Assembly (NCBI RefSeq): GCF_009914755.1
Contig: NC_060929.1
From: the human T2T-CHM13v2.0 reference genome, Homo sapiens
Length of the DNA: 64,000 nt
Reading direction: 5' to 3' (one strand)
Shown here: piece by piece, positions 48,484-62,429 of the stretch
Numbering within the stretch: the stretch's first letter is position 1
How the letters are laid out: every line of letters starts with the position of its first letter
Translations under genes and position numbers: made by a program
Notes under the pieces: model-generated
Told to the model about the DNA's origin: nothing
The model's input: the letters and a program-made list of their open reading frames with translations, nothing else
Database searches by the model: none

Positions 48484-49954
48484 AAGTATCACATAATTAG
48501 GGCAGAAAGGAATCACAATTTTGAGGCTTAAAATATGGCCTTTAAATGGCTCAGTCTTCCAAACAGTGCTACTATAAGAAGAGATGAAAGAGAAAAAAAA
48601 AGATTACGGGATGAGAATTGGGGTATTACAACATTGAAGTGAAATTGAGCAAAGAATAAATTTCAGCTGAATATCAGAAAAAAATTGTTTCAATAAGCAA
48701 GTCCTTTAGACAATACAATAAAAAGAAAATTATCTTGGCACAGTAGTAGAAGTCCTATTGTTTGAGGCATTTAACTCTAGATGCAACAATGTACTGTAAA
48801 TAACAATGCCAAATGGCAATGGATGGACATGATAACCTAATAGGTCTTTTCTGGCTCTAATAACTGTGATTGTATGATTCAATTCAAATGCAGTAGTTTG
48901 CTGTATCTCGAGTGTGTAATACACTTCAATTGTGAAGTGCTACAATTTCAACACTAATACGTTTGAAGTGACAGACATGTCACCTAAGTACCTAGTAGAG
49001 TTGTTTGAAATGCTACAGAAAACAAACCTTCCCCCTGTGGATATATACATCCCAATAATCCATCAGGCAGACACTATACCAATAATCAGTTGTAGTTCAT
49101 TAACAAGACCCACATTAAATCTTCTGAAAGTCCACATGTGTGAAATTAGTACATAAAAATCAAGAAACTGAGTCTTGATAGTTTCATGTAAAATAATATT
49201 TGTCTGAACAAAGCCTGATCAAAAGGCAAGTAGATAATCTCAATTTTAAGGGAAGTCTGTCCCTATCAACATCAAAATCACTGAACTGAGAGAAATCTAC
49301 AGGGTCTAAATGATGTTGGGACTTTTGCTGTTATGTCTCTATTCAGTGATACAGCACATGTGGCTATCCTCTGAAATATACCAGTCATGCCATTCCCAGT
49401 TGAAAAAAGGAAGGGAAACTAAGTTCTTTAGTAATCCTGTCTTTGATTTAGTCCATATACTGGATTTTTTTAGTTATGAAATATAATTCATGAACTTACA
49501 GCTTATTCCTTGATGATTATTGAAGAGAAAGGAACAGTGGCTCAACAGCATGAGCTCCATTGTCATGTATGAGCTTCCTTGAAGGCAGTGTACCTTCCAA
49601 CCCAGATTATGGGACATGAGATCCATTAACAAAACTATTTCAGAGAAGCCAGGATACAGATATCATAGGTTCAGAGCAGCATTTATTAATGCCACCCTTC
49701 TTTCGTGCTACCCCGTTTCGATCTTATTGTTCCAGAGTACTTAAAAGAAAAAAAATAAAACTTTACTGTATTTCTGAGATCAATAGGTTTATTAACCTTT
49801 CACTTGAATGAGAACTTTCACTTCACAAAGATAAAGGAGGTAAAGTTCTCTGTTGCAGGTATACAATACAGACCTCATTGAAAGTATTTCAAGGCCAGTT
49901 ATATGTACAGGCAGACAAAATAAGAAATTTCAAGGTCCTTTTAAAGAAAGGAAG

Positions 49955-51188
49955 TGTAGCAGTTATAAAACATGGGTGTGATTTCTGATACTCCTCTAAT
50001 GGAGAAGTGAAGTCTTTATCCCCTCTCCATGAATCTGGATGGGCATATGGCTGCCTCATCCAACACATTATGGCAGATCTGATGTTCTGTGACTTCTGCA
50101 GCAAGATAATAAAATATGCAGCTTCTATCATGATTGTGGGAATGTTCAATCTTGCAATTCTGAGCCATCATTTAAGAGGTCTGACCATTCTGAGGTTTCA
50201 ATCTTGGGAGTGAACCCAACCCACATGGAGAAGCCACATTGTAGATGTTCATGTCCACCTATGGCCAACTTCTGTATCATACTCAGATAGATAACAAAAA
50301 AGTGAGTGACAAAATCTTCAGATCATTCTAGCTTCTACAAAACCAAAGAAAAATGACAGACGCATGTCTCAATCAACTTAGAGTTTTATTTTGCCAAGGT
50401 TGAGGACATTCCCAGGAAAAAGAGACACAAGCCACAGTAAGATCTGTGGTCTGTACCTTTTCCAAAGAGTGTTTGGGGTCTCCATATTTAAAGAGAAAAG
50501 AGTGGGCAGTAGGGGAAAGGGGAAAATAGGGTGGAAGAGGGTAGATAAAAGCTTTGATCAGCTTCACTGAATTCCTACTTTACATGTGAAAAAGAGGGAA
50601 TAGAGGAATAGTTGACAATGCACTCATCTCACTCAGTGAATCTGCATTTTTATTTAAAATAAAGTATTCAGAGTATAGAGGAAGCAGTCAAATATGCATT
50701 TGGCTCAGATGAGCAGAGGGATGACTTTGTCCAGTACCTGTGAGACAAGCTGTTGATTTATTTACATTGTCATGGTGAAATTCAACAGAATTCTGTTTTA
50801 GAGTAAAGATCCTGGGGCCCACAAGAACTTTCCTTGTGAGCAAATTGTGAGGGAGACCCCCCTGGGAAGGTATGTAGCCTTCTATCTTTGCAGCTATCTA
50901 TTTAGGAACAAAATGGGAGGAGATTTGAGCAATTCAGTTCCCAAGCTTAAACTCTTTTTCCTTTGTCATGGTGAGTTTGTGGTCCCAAGAATTTATTTTC
51001 CCTTCCACTTCCAGCCATTTGAATCTTTCCAGATGATCCCCTAAAGATTTCATACACAAGACAAGCCATCCCTATTACAGCCCTCCTGCATTTCTGACCT
51101 ACAGAATCCATGAGCATATTAAAATGGTCATTGTTTTATACCACTAAGTCTGGGGAAGCTTGCTATGCAGCAGTAGAAAAACAGAACT
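49955..51188 (+). mobile_element. MLT1H-like MaLR LTR split by a MER4 insertion
   Basis: 5' part 49955-50335 (ctcctctaatggagaagtgaagtct...tggcagatctgatgttctgtgacttctg); 3' part 51008-51188 (ctgacctacagaatccatgagc...ttgttttataccactaagt). Confidence 0.8.
50336..51007 (-). mobile_element. MER4A/C-like ERV1 solo LTR nested in MLT1
   Basis: Minus strand starts tggaagggaaaataaattcttgggacc; 4-bp TSD cttc at 50332-50335 and 51008-51011. Confidence 0.9.
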
Positions 51189-51189
51189 G

Positions 51190-51316
51190 GAAGAGAGACC
51201 AGAAGGAAGGAGAAAGGGGGTATCCAGAGAGAGAAAGGAAGGAAAGAAGAGAAAGAAGAAGGAGAATGAGGAGGGGAGAAAGGAAGGGGTGGCAGAGAAA
51301 GGGAAAGAAGAAAGAG
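51190..51316. repeat. GA-rich polypurine low-complexity tract
   Basis: Nearly all purines on the + strand. Confidence 0.85.
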
Positions 51317-53061
51317 TAACAGGTCCTGAGGCATCTTTACACCAGGTATTCTTCATCTTTTATCACAAATGATATTCATATGGAATCCTTCTGCTATCTT
51401 ATTTAGTCTTGCCTTCCTCAGAGAGAATAGCTCAACTCAGTAGAGATTAAGAATAGGATTCTTGTTTTAAAAAAATGGAAAATAGGAGCAGAATTTTCTT
51501 TATTTTGGGCAGATCTTTATTAAATAATGTATATTAACTATTAAGTCAGAAAAGAAAGGTAGCGAAACACAAGAATGGTAAGGGGAAAGATCATTGAAAA
51601 TACAGGCACAAATTATTTCTGCTACAAAAGGAGCATTATGATTAGAACTCAAAACTTTTAACTAAGTTCATACTACCAGAGCATGAGAAACTCTAAGCAG
51701 GACATATGATCGAATATGTTTCTTGCCGAAAAGAAGCTTATCAATAGAACATGTTGCACAATTGCTTTATAACCCACTACTTCAAAGATTGATTGGTGGT
51801 AATTACTCACAAAATAGACTTTTTAAATTATGTAAATAAATTTTCAAAACAATAAATTTCTGTTACAAAAATTCCATTGAAAACTCAAAAACAAATCACT
51901 AACCAGCCTTTCGGTTCTGTAGAAGTCTATTTTTCATCCCGTCATCTATGAGAGCTTCAATTCATCCAATGACCTACCAAAAACCTACCCCAAACACAGA
52001 GCTGCGTATTTAACTTCATGCAATCTAAAGAAAAATTTTCTCAAATGTTTACATCTCTGTAACTTGCCTACCCTAACTGAGGATTTCCTACCCCCTCATA
52101 AAAATAAATAAATGTGTTTGTAAGAAAGGCCATCCACATTTCAATAAGTTATTCAGCTTTAGCTTTCTCATAATCCAGAAATTGCCCAGTGTCTCCAGAA
52201 AATGATATTGAAGATGGAAGAAGTAAATAGTTACAGAGAAGAAAGGATTTCCAGTGATCAAGGACATGGATTTAGCACGAGGAAATTTTGATTACTTGGA
52301 GGATAAGCAGTGCTAGGTCTCAAAACAGTTGATTTTTTTGTGTCTACTTGGTAGTTAAAATCTACTTAGAGTTGGAGGATTTCTCCTCCTGTGAAGTTAA
52401 CTCGCATTCTTTATTTTCTCCCTGGTCTGTTCCATGCTTGCGTGCTTCTATTTTCTTTTGCTTTCTCTCCCTCTCTTCAAACATACTCTTTCCTATCCTG
52501 TTCCAGGGCTAATATTCACACCCAGTCTTCCTGTATCTCTATTGCCCCCATTAAGTTTTGCCCATCCTCTTGTAGGTATCGACAGTGTATATCTCTCATC
52601 CTTAATCACAAAATTGGTGACAGAATGTTTTGCTATTACTCTTTACAAATTTTTAAAAAGAAGCAACATATATGTGAATTTACCCTCTCTCCCCAAAATA
52701 TTTTATACATCTGACATAGTTTTTTCATCATTGACAGTTTCAAGCTACTAAGCCATTAATAACCATAAATTTGTGTAACTTTTTCTTATAAAAATTGCAA
52801 AGAATTCAAAACAAAGAGTGAATTGTATGAATTTTCATGTACTTATCACTCGGCTCCAATGATTATTAACTTTTGGCTAGACACCCTCGAATTTTGGAGC
52901 CTGAAAGGGCTTTAATTACAATAAGTCCCTATTACAGAGCCTTTTGATGACCAGGACATCATTTTGGACAAACAAAATTGTAATTGTGTAAATTAAAAGT
53001 TCTTAACCATGTTTAACCCATGCCCACTTTGGAAAAATAAAATAAAATCAACTTATATTTG

Positions 53062-53119
53062 TCTTAACACCTAACTGAAAAACTTTCACATCTTAACACC
53101 TAACTGAAAAACTTTCACA
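53062..53119. repeat. Perfect 29-bp tandem duplication
   Basis: tcttaacacctaactgaaaaactttcaca x2 (53062-53090, 53091-53119). Confidence 0.97.
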
Positions 53120-53246
53120 TATTTCAATGCTTGAATTAATATATAGTTATATTATAATCTTATATACAATTAATATACAATTATAATAAGATTATACTAT
53201 TTACATATGCTGTTCCAAATTATATATAACTCTCCTTCCCAAATGA

Positions 53247-53618
<372 letters not shown>

Positions 53619-55223
53619 CAGAATTACTAGTCTAAATATTTATTTTAAATAACTTATTTGTAAAATAATTAAAATACTTAAATTCTGACTTCTAAGAACT
53701 CCCGACAAAGCCAATAGGGATAAAAGCAGGGATTTAAAATTGTAGCTTTCACGAGTAGATAAGTATGTTAATGATTACCATTGTCCAATGTCCATGGAGG
53801 GGTGACCTGAAACAGGTCCCCAAGAGTATAGAGGTCATATGACAAACTAATACTGATATTTCTTGGCTGTTTATTTATAGATCTACATTTTAAAATTCAA
53901 TACATATTACAGATTGTTCTTCTTTTTTCATTGTTCTTTTTTCAGTATATCATTTTTCTGCCCTGACTTTATTTTAGCCCAGAATAAGAGTAACTTGCAG
54001 TACCAGGCACAGATAAAAATAAAATCCTGGAAGATGTTTCTTGACCAAAATAAATAGGGGGCAAGGGCAATTTATTCCACAAGAGTCTTCTATAATTATT
54101 GGCAGCTTAATTACTTCTATGGTTCTCTTCAAAATTGCTGGTGTTAGAACGACCTCTCTGGTGCAAGTGAAAGGGGCTGTGACCTTCTTTTCGATTAAGC
54201 ATGCCTTCTTGTCAGAAATTTACGATTAAAAAGGAGTTTGCAAAGTAGAGGATTACCACATTCCAACAAATATGCCACTCAAAAAATATGTTGAAAGTTT
54301 CTAAACTTTCAAATATGAATAGTGATATACAAGCAAAGAACCTTTTACTTCAGGTTTCTTTCTATCAAATAACATTTATATTGGAAGATGGCTGATAATA
54401 GAGAACAAAACATTTGACAAATGTTTAGAATGGAAAGTGGTTCCTTCCTATGGAGGTTGACTTGGAGGTCAGGCTCACAACAATTAACTTTAATTTTCCC
54501 ATAATGGTGTTTAATGATATCTTCAGATTCAGCACACTACCAAAGGATTTGCAAGGTAGCCATTTATAAAGTGTTATATGGATAACGTCAAAGGATTTGT
54601 TCATTGCTCAAATCTTAAGTTTTTGTCTTTATTCTGTAAAGTGGCTCCGGCCTACAGTTGTCAATAACCTTAGTAGCTGAGGATCATCTCTATGTGTGAA
54701 TTAGATTCAAGGTCAATGCACAGATTACAATTAGGAACTAGTCCCTTGCTACCTTTAGTGTAGAACAATAGAGAATATAAGTGGGAAATCCCCAACAGGA
54801 ATAGTAGTGCCCAGTTTTCTTAGTTCTCCTCTTCTCATATCCAAAATCCCTTTTCAATTTTAGGAAAGGTACTGCTTCTGACTATGGAGAGCAAAGGGAC
54901 CAAAACTTACAGAAAGTCAAGGCACAGCAAGTGAGTTAACTTTACTCACTGGATGATCCCTTCTGGAATCTTGGAAATAAAGAGAGACACAGAAACTATT
55001 CAAATTATTTATAACATTGATCCTGGAAGAAATATTCAAGTAATGTCAGTTATTTCTTTCCTACTGTCTAACTTATATGGATCTCAGTTCATCTTTCTTT
55101 TAGAATCACTGTATCACGGTGGACTACATTTCTCCAAGTGGATCATAAAATTTAGTTGGCATAAAATGCAGTTTCCTTCTTTCCTTCAGCATAGTTACAT
55201 CTGTTACTAAATAAATTCTAAGC

Positions 55224-55985
55224 CAATAGTCTCCAAGTATTATCTGGTCCTTGATATCCTTTAGTCAGGTCTATGATATCAAAATTAAAGTTCATAATAC
55301 TGTTGCGGGAAGTCAGGGACCCCAAACGGAGGGACCGGCTGAAGCCATGGCAGAAGAACGTGGATTGTGAAGATTTCATGGACATTTATTAGTTCCCCAA
55401 ATTAACACTTTTATAATTTCTTATGCCTGTCTTTACTGTAATCTCAAAGCGGGGCATCACGGAACCTACCGACGTGTGATGTCTCCCCCAGATGCCCCGC
55501 TTTAAAATTTCTCTCTTTTGTACTCTGTCCCTTTATTTCTCAAGCAGGCCAACGCTTAAGGAAAATAGAAAAGAACCTACATGAATATCAGGGCAGGTTC
55601 CCCGATATAATACTGCTAAGATGTTATTTTATTTTTTACTCTTATTCTTTCACAAGAATACAGTGGAGTTTTTCCAACAAATTGAAACACATACAAATAT
55701 TCAGCACTCTTCCATTAAGTTAGACATTACAGAGATTTTTAAACAGCTTTTAAACATCATTTTTCTTTTTTTGAAAATGTAGTAATGCTTCATAAAAATT
55801 AGGTTATGTTACCATGTAATTATTTTTGTCATTTTAGTGAATTAATAAATAATTCTTCTGAGCTTTAATTTCTAATTCAATATGTAGCAATCAATGTAAC
55901 CCAAACAACCAAAAGCTCCTTTGGGTCTTCAACATTTCTTAAGTATATAAAGGGATCTTGAGATCAAAGTATTTGAAAACCACAT
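55224..55985. mobile_element. Charlie1-type hAT DNA transposon remnant, interrupted by MER11
   Basis: atcaaaattaaagttcataata|ctaagatgttattt...aaaagctcctttgggtcttcaac...aagggatcttgagatcaaagtatttgaaaacc resembles Charlie1 ends. Confidence 0.65.
55301..55607 (+). mobile_element. MER11 (HERV-K HML-8) solo LTR with large internal deletion
   Basis: Starts tgttgcgggaagtcagggacccc and ends gaaaatagaaaagaacctac...ccccgata; perfect 6-bp TSD TAATAC (55295-55300, 55608-55613); only 307 bp versus about 1.1 kb for intact MER11. Confidence 0.92.
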
Positions 55986-56539
55986 TTCTAAACGGTTGGG
56001 CTATGAAGAGTAATTGATGATTGCCTATGTGGAGAAACTAATCACAGTTAAATTAAAACAAAAGAAACAACAACAAAATAGCTTGGTTTTCTGAAAAACC
56101 AAAGAAGAACAGATAACTAGGTAGACTCTATGGTTTTTTTTTTTCTAATTTTCTAAAAGAGTTACTGAGAATGTAACTGGCTTTAAAGGTATATTTTTCT
56201 AAACAGCAAGCTATTATATATCCATTTGGGAATGTGCTTACTTTATTCACATTTAATTTCAGATACCTCCTTTATTCTTTCTTCCTGAAATACTACTTGA
56301 TTACTCCAGAAAATTAATGCACAAGAAGTGGACAACTACAAAAAGGCACACTGAGAAAATCATATTGTTTCAAGTCTCTTTTTTTAATCAAACAGTTCTA
56401 TTTAATTGTTTGGTTAGCTATGTCTCAATTTGTTTAATTTTTTAAAAAATTTAAATTAAATTTTAAATTATATGGTAACTTAGGAGGTGGAATATGTTAT
56501 AATGATGCTTTTTAAAAATAATGCCTCTTTTAAATGTAT

Positions 56540-57160
56540 ATTTTAATTGTTGGATGAATTTGTAAGTTTCCTGTATTTATCTTCTGTGAATTGTTTGTTT
56601 TTCTCCTAGGCTCAGTTTCTTTTGGAATACTATCTTTTTTATTATTGGCATATAGGAGTTCTTCATAAATTAAGGCTGTTCAAACTAGACTTAATTGTAA
56701 ATATTGTCAAGTTCTTTATTTACCCATAAATTTGGTTTAAATTTTTTATCATATTAATTTTTATTTATATATGGTCAACAAATCTTTTTTGTTTTAATTT
56801 TATGCTTAGAAAGTAGTTTTCTTTACCACCATTAGCGAATAACCTGTATTTTCTTCCAATTGTGTTTCTTATATCCACTTTATATATAGTTCCTTAATCT
56901 GCCTAGAATTCATATGGTATGAGGTGAGAATCTACAAGCCTGTTGTCATGGTTTTTTCACGTAGCTGGTTGTTTCAGCACCATTTATTAAATAACTGATT
57001 TTTTCCACTCCGATTAACTATATACTTGATGGTCATATGTGTTAGTTCAAGGCTATTCTATTTTCTTCTGATGTATCTGCTAATTTGAATGCCAGTTCTA
57101 AACTATTTTAAATATTTTAGGTTTATAGTATGTATTTTATATTATCATAAAATGCCTTGT
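56540..57160 (-). mobile_element. Old L1ME fragment
   Basis: tcttctgtgaattgtttg...tatgcttagaaag...atatggtatgaggtgagaatcta...ttgtttcagcaccatttattaaataa. Confidence 0.75.
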
Positions 57161-57469
57161 CAAATTTATATGGAATAGTATTACTAATTTAGACAGCCAT
57201 ATAAATTTACAACTACTTTATCACCCTAGCCTTTTCCTCAAACCATCCAACAAGGAACTGGTCTTTTAATCAAAACATTGCTAAATCTGAGGACACCCAA
57301 AGTTAATACATTTACTTCCCTTTATTTTTAAATTATTTTAAGATGAACTGACATCCTAAATACAGTCAGCTTTTCAAACATAAATCTGGTATATATTATT
57401 GAAGTTAGGATCTTAGCATTTTTTTAAAACTACATATTTAAAATATTTCAATTATAGAATGTGTAATAG

Positions 57470-57680
57470 TAATAATAATTTGTGCGTAAGTCACCAAAGT
57501 TTACCATGTTTTTACATATGTTATTTCAATCACTCTTTATTAAATCCACAGGAGTTTTTTCCCTATTTTAGATGAAGAGATGCACTCTGAGGGGTTAAGT
57601 GACTTGCTGATATAATGAACAATGTTTTTTAAATGGCAAAAAATAAAACCCATAGTAATTCTGACTTCAAATTTCATTTC
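57470..57680 (-). mobile_element. MIR fragment
   Basis: ccctattttagatgaagag...ctctgaggggttaagtgacttgct. Confidence 0.7.
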
Positions 57681-57949
57681 CATAGAATATAGTGTGCTAA
57701 AAAGATATAAAGTTACTAAGTCTGTCTCCCTACTTCAAACAAAACTCTCCTATAAACATTAACTTCCTGTTTTATCCATAGAGTTTCCATTTAATAGGAC
57801 AGGAAATATATACAATGAGATCTGGGTGGAGCTGCATTCAAGTTTAACAGAAGTAAACATAAAAACTTGAAAACCACATCAGCTTTTGCTGAAATGTTTG
57901 GCTTCACAGGTTAGGCATCATAGAAACAACCTTTTTATTGCTTGTTGGA

Positions 57950-58500
57950 ATTAAATCTAACATATTGATTTCAGCTATTCCCAAACAAATAATTTGATAA
58001 AATGCTTATTTAACTGCTGTTATTATTAATTTGCTTTTAAGGTCCCTCTGCCATGTGGCATCAAGGAGCAAAACAGATTTCTCCAATTGTAAAAAAGTTT
58101 ATTGGTGCATGGCAAGTGTAAACCACCGGGGTCCCTGGCAACAGTAAAATGGCAAATTAAACCAAAACCACATGCAAGTCAAGTGAATCACTAGTCAATG
58201 AGCATTTAGGCAGGGATGCCAAGCAAATAAACAGTCAGTCCATTAGTTAGTTATTGCCAGCACTAAATGAATAAAACTCTTAAGAAAAAACTCATGGCAG
58301 TGTGGTGACAATCTGTGTTAGGTTTGTCGAGTCCTATGGAAATGGCTGAAATGTTCACCTGGCTGCCGTGAAACAGAGGAATGTAGGTGCAGTGGCCAGG
58401 CTGAAAGATGCCTCTTATTTGAGACCTGCTGATGAGCTCCAGTCACTTAATGGCATCCTGAAAAACAGCTGGCACCTAACTCTCAAATATTGATTTAGTG
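57950..58500. promoter_or_regulatory. Candidate enhancer / conserved non-coding element
   Basis: Repeat-free; TTTATTGG (Hox13/Cdx), GTCCCTGGCAAC (RFX-like), AACCACA (RUNX), TGCCAA (NFI) and GCAAATAAACA (Fox) within ~150 bp; inferred from motifs only. Confidence 0.35.
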
Positions 58501-60189
58501 TTTACAAATCTGCTTCAGTTTCTAGGCAAACAGCTTCTATCAACATAGTGTACCATCTGGTTTTATGGCTCAAGTGTTTCAACTACACTTTTCCCCGGGT
58601 GTGGGCACCATGATTAATTTGAGCAATTTAGTGCATCCCTTCACTTCTGGTAAGGTTGTTAAGGACTGGACTATATTAACTACAAATTTTGGATTCTGGG
58701 AGAGTGATATTTTTCAGATAGTTGTTAAGAGCAAGAAAAGAAATGACAGCCAATGATGTGTGTGGTTCCAGTAAGGAGGTGATTGATAAGTCTAAATCCT
58801 CTTAAGCATAAATTTGCAGGGCAAGAAGGAAATAGATTTTACAGGCAGTGTGTACTTTTGTTATGCCACATTTACCACACATTAGCAAAGGCAAACATGG
58901 AGAAAGGAGAGGTTTTGAGGAGACAAACAAGTGTTGGACCTTCTGCAAACAGCCACAGTGATTCCAAGAATGGTAGCCAGGCAGAGTCTAAAGGTGGAGT
59001 TCAGGTGGACCTCAAAGTGTGTGGAATTCAGGTAGTAAAAAACACTGTCATTAAAACCTTGCATTCCTTTTTCACTAACAGGACTTGGCTGCCATGTTAT
59101 CCTCCCAAAGTGACTCTGACGACTGCAATTCAACAAGCTATGTTGTTGTTTTACTGAGCTGACCTCTCCATTTAGCATGAAAGAACTTTGAAGGGTTTAT
59201 AGAATGAGGCTTGGGAAGAGTTGAACACACTGGCTGGCTCCTCTTTGATAAGCTTTAAGGAGACATAAAGACTAAGGAAAGTGTAGCAGTTTTATCCTTT
59301 TTCCTCTCATAACCCTGTACTCAAAAAAAATCACACTTGATATAAGCAAAAGAGTACAACGTGTGCTATTGGACTTTATCAATGCTTCTTACATAAGAAT
59401 CTCATTCTTAGCTTCATCTTGCTCTTCACTTTTCTCTTTGATCACTTTTCTTACTTAAATTTATCTTGTTTTATGGTTACCCCACTGATTCTACTGTGAA
59501 TACTTTTTTTTGGAACAATGTGACTTACAAATAATTGCATGAATAACTACATTCCAGTACTCCTCTCAGAATGTCTTCCCTTCCCCTCCTGACTACACTC
59601 TGTGTTGTCGTACTTCTGATATTTGATGATATGTGTCTGCTATTTTATAGAAACAGTAAATAAGTCTAAGGGGAAAACCATTCTGCATCAAGCTAATTTG
59701 TCTACTGTATCGTTGACCTCATTCATACCATGAAACAAGTCAACTCAACTGAGTCATCAAAAATATTTCAAGAAAAATCACAGCTCTCTTTGAAGAGTGT
59801 AAATATGATTTTTTTATCTAGATAGTGATATATTGTCAGGATTACTTACTAAAGAAGTGGCAAGGAGCTCATAAATTCTAAGGTAGATTTTAATTCCACT
59901 TAATATTTATAATGAATTCTTTTTCCTTCTATAATTACATTAGTAAAGTTAAGATGAAAATAAGTAGCCATACACTTGTACTTGTTCTCTTCAAGCGCTA
60001 TGTATTCCCACAAGAGACTTTAATACAAGGATGCTTTCAGCTAAGAAGTTTCTCCAATTGTTAAGCCCCACATAGCAGAAAACTAATTAATAAAAATGAA
60101 ATCATTTAATGTAACTTGTCCACAATATACCCTAAGAAACGTGTTTGATTTATGCAAGTTGCTCTATGACTACAATTGTGATGATACAG

Positions 60190-60730
60190 TCCTTCATTCA
60201 AACATTTATTCAAGGCCTACAATGTATTATAATCTTGGAACTGAAGTGTTACTGAAATGTATACTCAAGGATTTTTAATTAGAGTAAGGGAGACAGGCAG
60301 GTAAGGAGGCAATTGTAATACAAGGCTATAAGTGAGAAGGCAGGGAAGTCCAGGGGGTTAAATCTTCCCTCTCTGGTTTGGGGTAGGGATTGATAAAAGG
60401 CTTTCCAGAAGACAGAACACCCAAGCCACCCAAGAAAAGTGAGTGTTAGCCAAGTGAAGAAGTGGATATGGGCATCCCAGGCAGAGAGAACAGTACGTAC
60501 AATAGCCTGGAGAGCTGAGAACTCAATGTAGCTAACAGTGAGTGTGAATGAGACCCAGTACAGCAAGAGATAAGGTCAGAGGGGAACCTAGGGCATGAGG
60601 AGCCACTGAAATGCTTTAAACAGGACATAATCAAATGTGTGCTTCAGAAAGCACATTTCAGATGAGTGGGATGGCAAGACCAAAAGCAGAGAGTTAGGAA
60701 ACGATCACAGTAATTAAGGTGACCTAGTCT
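60190..60730 (-). mobile_element. L2 3' fragment
   Basis: ttcattcaaacatttattcaagg tail, then gggcatcccaggcagagagaacag...gagccactgaaatgctttaaacagg. Confidence 0.8.
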
Positions 60731-61692
60731 TTGTAGTATATAACATTTACTAGAGTCCAAAAAAAATATGAATGGCTATTTTGCAATGCCCTGCTGGATT
60801 TTTCATATTGGTATTGAGTTGGAACAAGAAAAGAAAATCAGTGAAGGAAAGAGCCAAGCAAAAAAGGATATTGTATGTTCAAATGTCCCAACTCTCTTTA
60901 CTCTCAATGTCCACATTCTGACTGATACTCCTCCACTAACTTTTCCAAGTCCTAGAATTAATCAGATAAACTCCAACATCTTTATATGCCCCCAAACAGG
61001 CACTATATACCTATGTAGGCTTGGAAAGAGTATGAAAAAGTCGAATAAGATGAGATTTTCAGAAAGAAAATCTGAGGAGAATCTAAAAATAATAGTGGTA
61101 AAATTCACAGCACTCAGGCATTAAAGAGACTGAAAAGGGCACAGTTGAGATTCCAGCTTTGATGTCCAGCCAAAGATTAGTTACCTTGGCTATAACAGAT
61201 TTTGGGGTATCCTCTATCCAGTTCCTCTACCTTATAATCCCAATGCTCTAAATATATACTGCTGTTCAAATATCTTGGTTCTGAAAAAAATCATTTTACT
61301 TGGCAAAATTCTGGTAATTGGGAACTTAAATTCTCCCAGACTGTAATTTATAAGATGTTCCTGTTTTCTTTCTGGCTATGCCTTTCCTGCTGAACTTCAC
61401 AATCCACCATCACCCTGCCCTGCCCTCCATATACCAGATATAAACCAGGCTACCATACTTTCCATCTCTTTCTTCAGCAACTATTGGTCCCATACATCTG
61501 CAGAGTCCTGGATCATCTGGGTGAGACCATTGATATATCAGCTTTCCTAAGACAATTCCCTTAGATTTAAAGAAATCCTTCCATGACATTGTAATCACCT
61601 CTATCCATAGACTCCTGCCATTTTCTCTGCCCATGGGATCTCTATTTACTATTGCAATTTCTTGAGTAAATTTCAGTAGTTTCTCCCTGATA

Positions 61693-62104
61693 GAGGCTGT
61701 TTTTGGCCTGCCCCACATCTCCTTTCTCAGTTTACTCATCCCCCCACCACTGAGAATGCTTACACCATACCTTCCCTGAAGCATTGCCCTCACCTGACAG
61801 AAACCATCTCACCCAAGGATGCCTGGGAGGGTAAACCACTCCTGTCCCTAGTATGCGAGGACTGGTGCATATAGGGTTTCAAAAAGTCCCAAATCCCAAC
61901 TCGCTATCTGAAGGCAGGCCAACTCTGCTGTGCAATTTATACATCAGCCAAAGAGTAGACTTTACCTGAAGCCACATCCTTGCTAGAGTCTTTCTACTTC
62001 CCTGTTTGCTTCTGTTATTTTCTCCAAAGAGCCCTCCCTCCAAAAATTATGTGCACCAAAAACCCTGTCTCAGTCTCTGCTTCTAAGGAACTCAATCAAA
62101 GATA
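61693..62104 (+). mobile_element. LTR16-like ERVL LTR
   Basis: cacctgacagaaaccatctcacccaagg...ttacctgaagccacatccttgct...ccctgtctcagtctctgcttctaaggaac. Confidence 0.7.
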
Positions 62105-62429
62105 TCTCATATCAGGGCAGACCTCATCATTGCCATCTTTTCTTTTTGTTCTAGGCAGGCTCTTCTCTATGTGTCTGTGCCTATGCAAAGGCAATGACAG
62201 AACTCTTAATGTGCTAGACACCTTCTGTACCACATGACCAACTTTGGATATCCAGAAACAGGTTGTCTGCTTCTTTGCGTTTTAAAAAGCATATCCCAAT
62301 ATTTTTCTGCTCAGGAAATTTCCAGTTTTTTATCACTGTTTGAGGGCACTGCCCTCAGATAATTTTCTCAAACCTGTAGCTATTTTGCAGAGCTCTGGTA
62401 ACCAACATACCTGGAGTTCATTCATGACT

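Noticed and set aside
58783-59157. 124-aa ORF in unique DNA
   Set aside because: TTG start, no recognisable domain or family, and an overlapping opposite-strand ORF; length compatible with chance.
61410-61793. 127-aa minus-strand ORF
   Set aside because: Begins in an LTR16-like element and resembles no protein I recognise.
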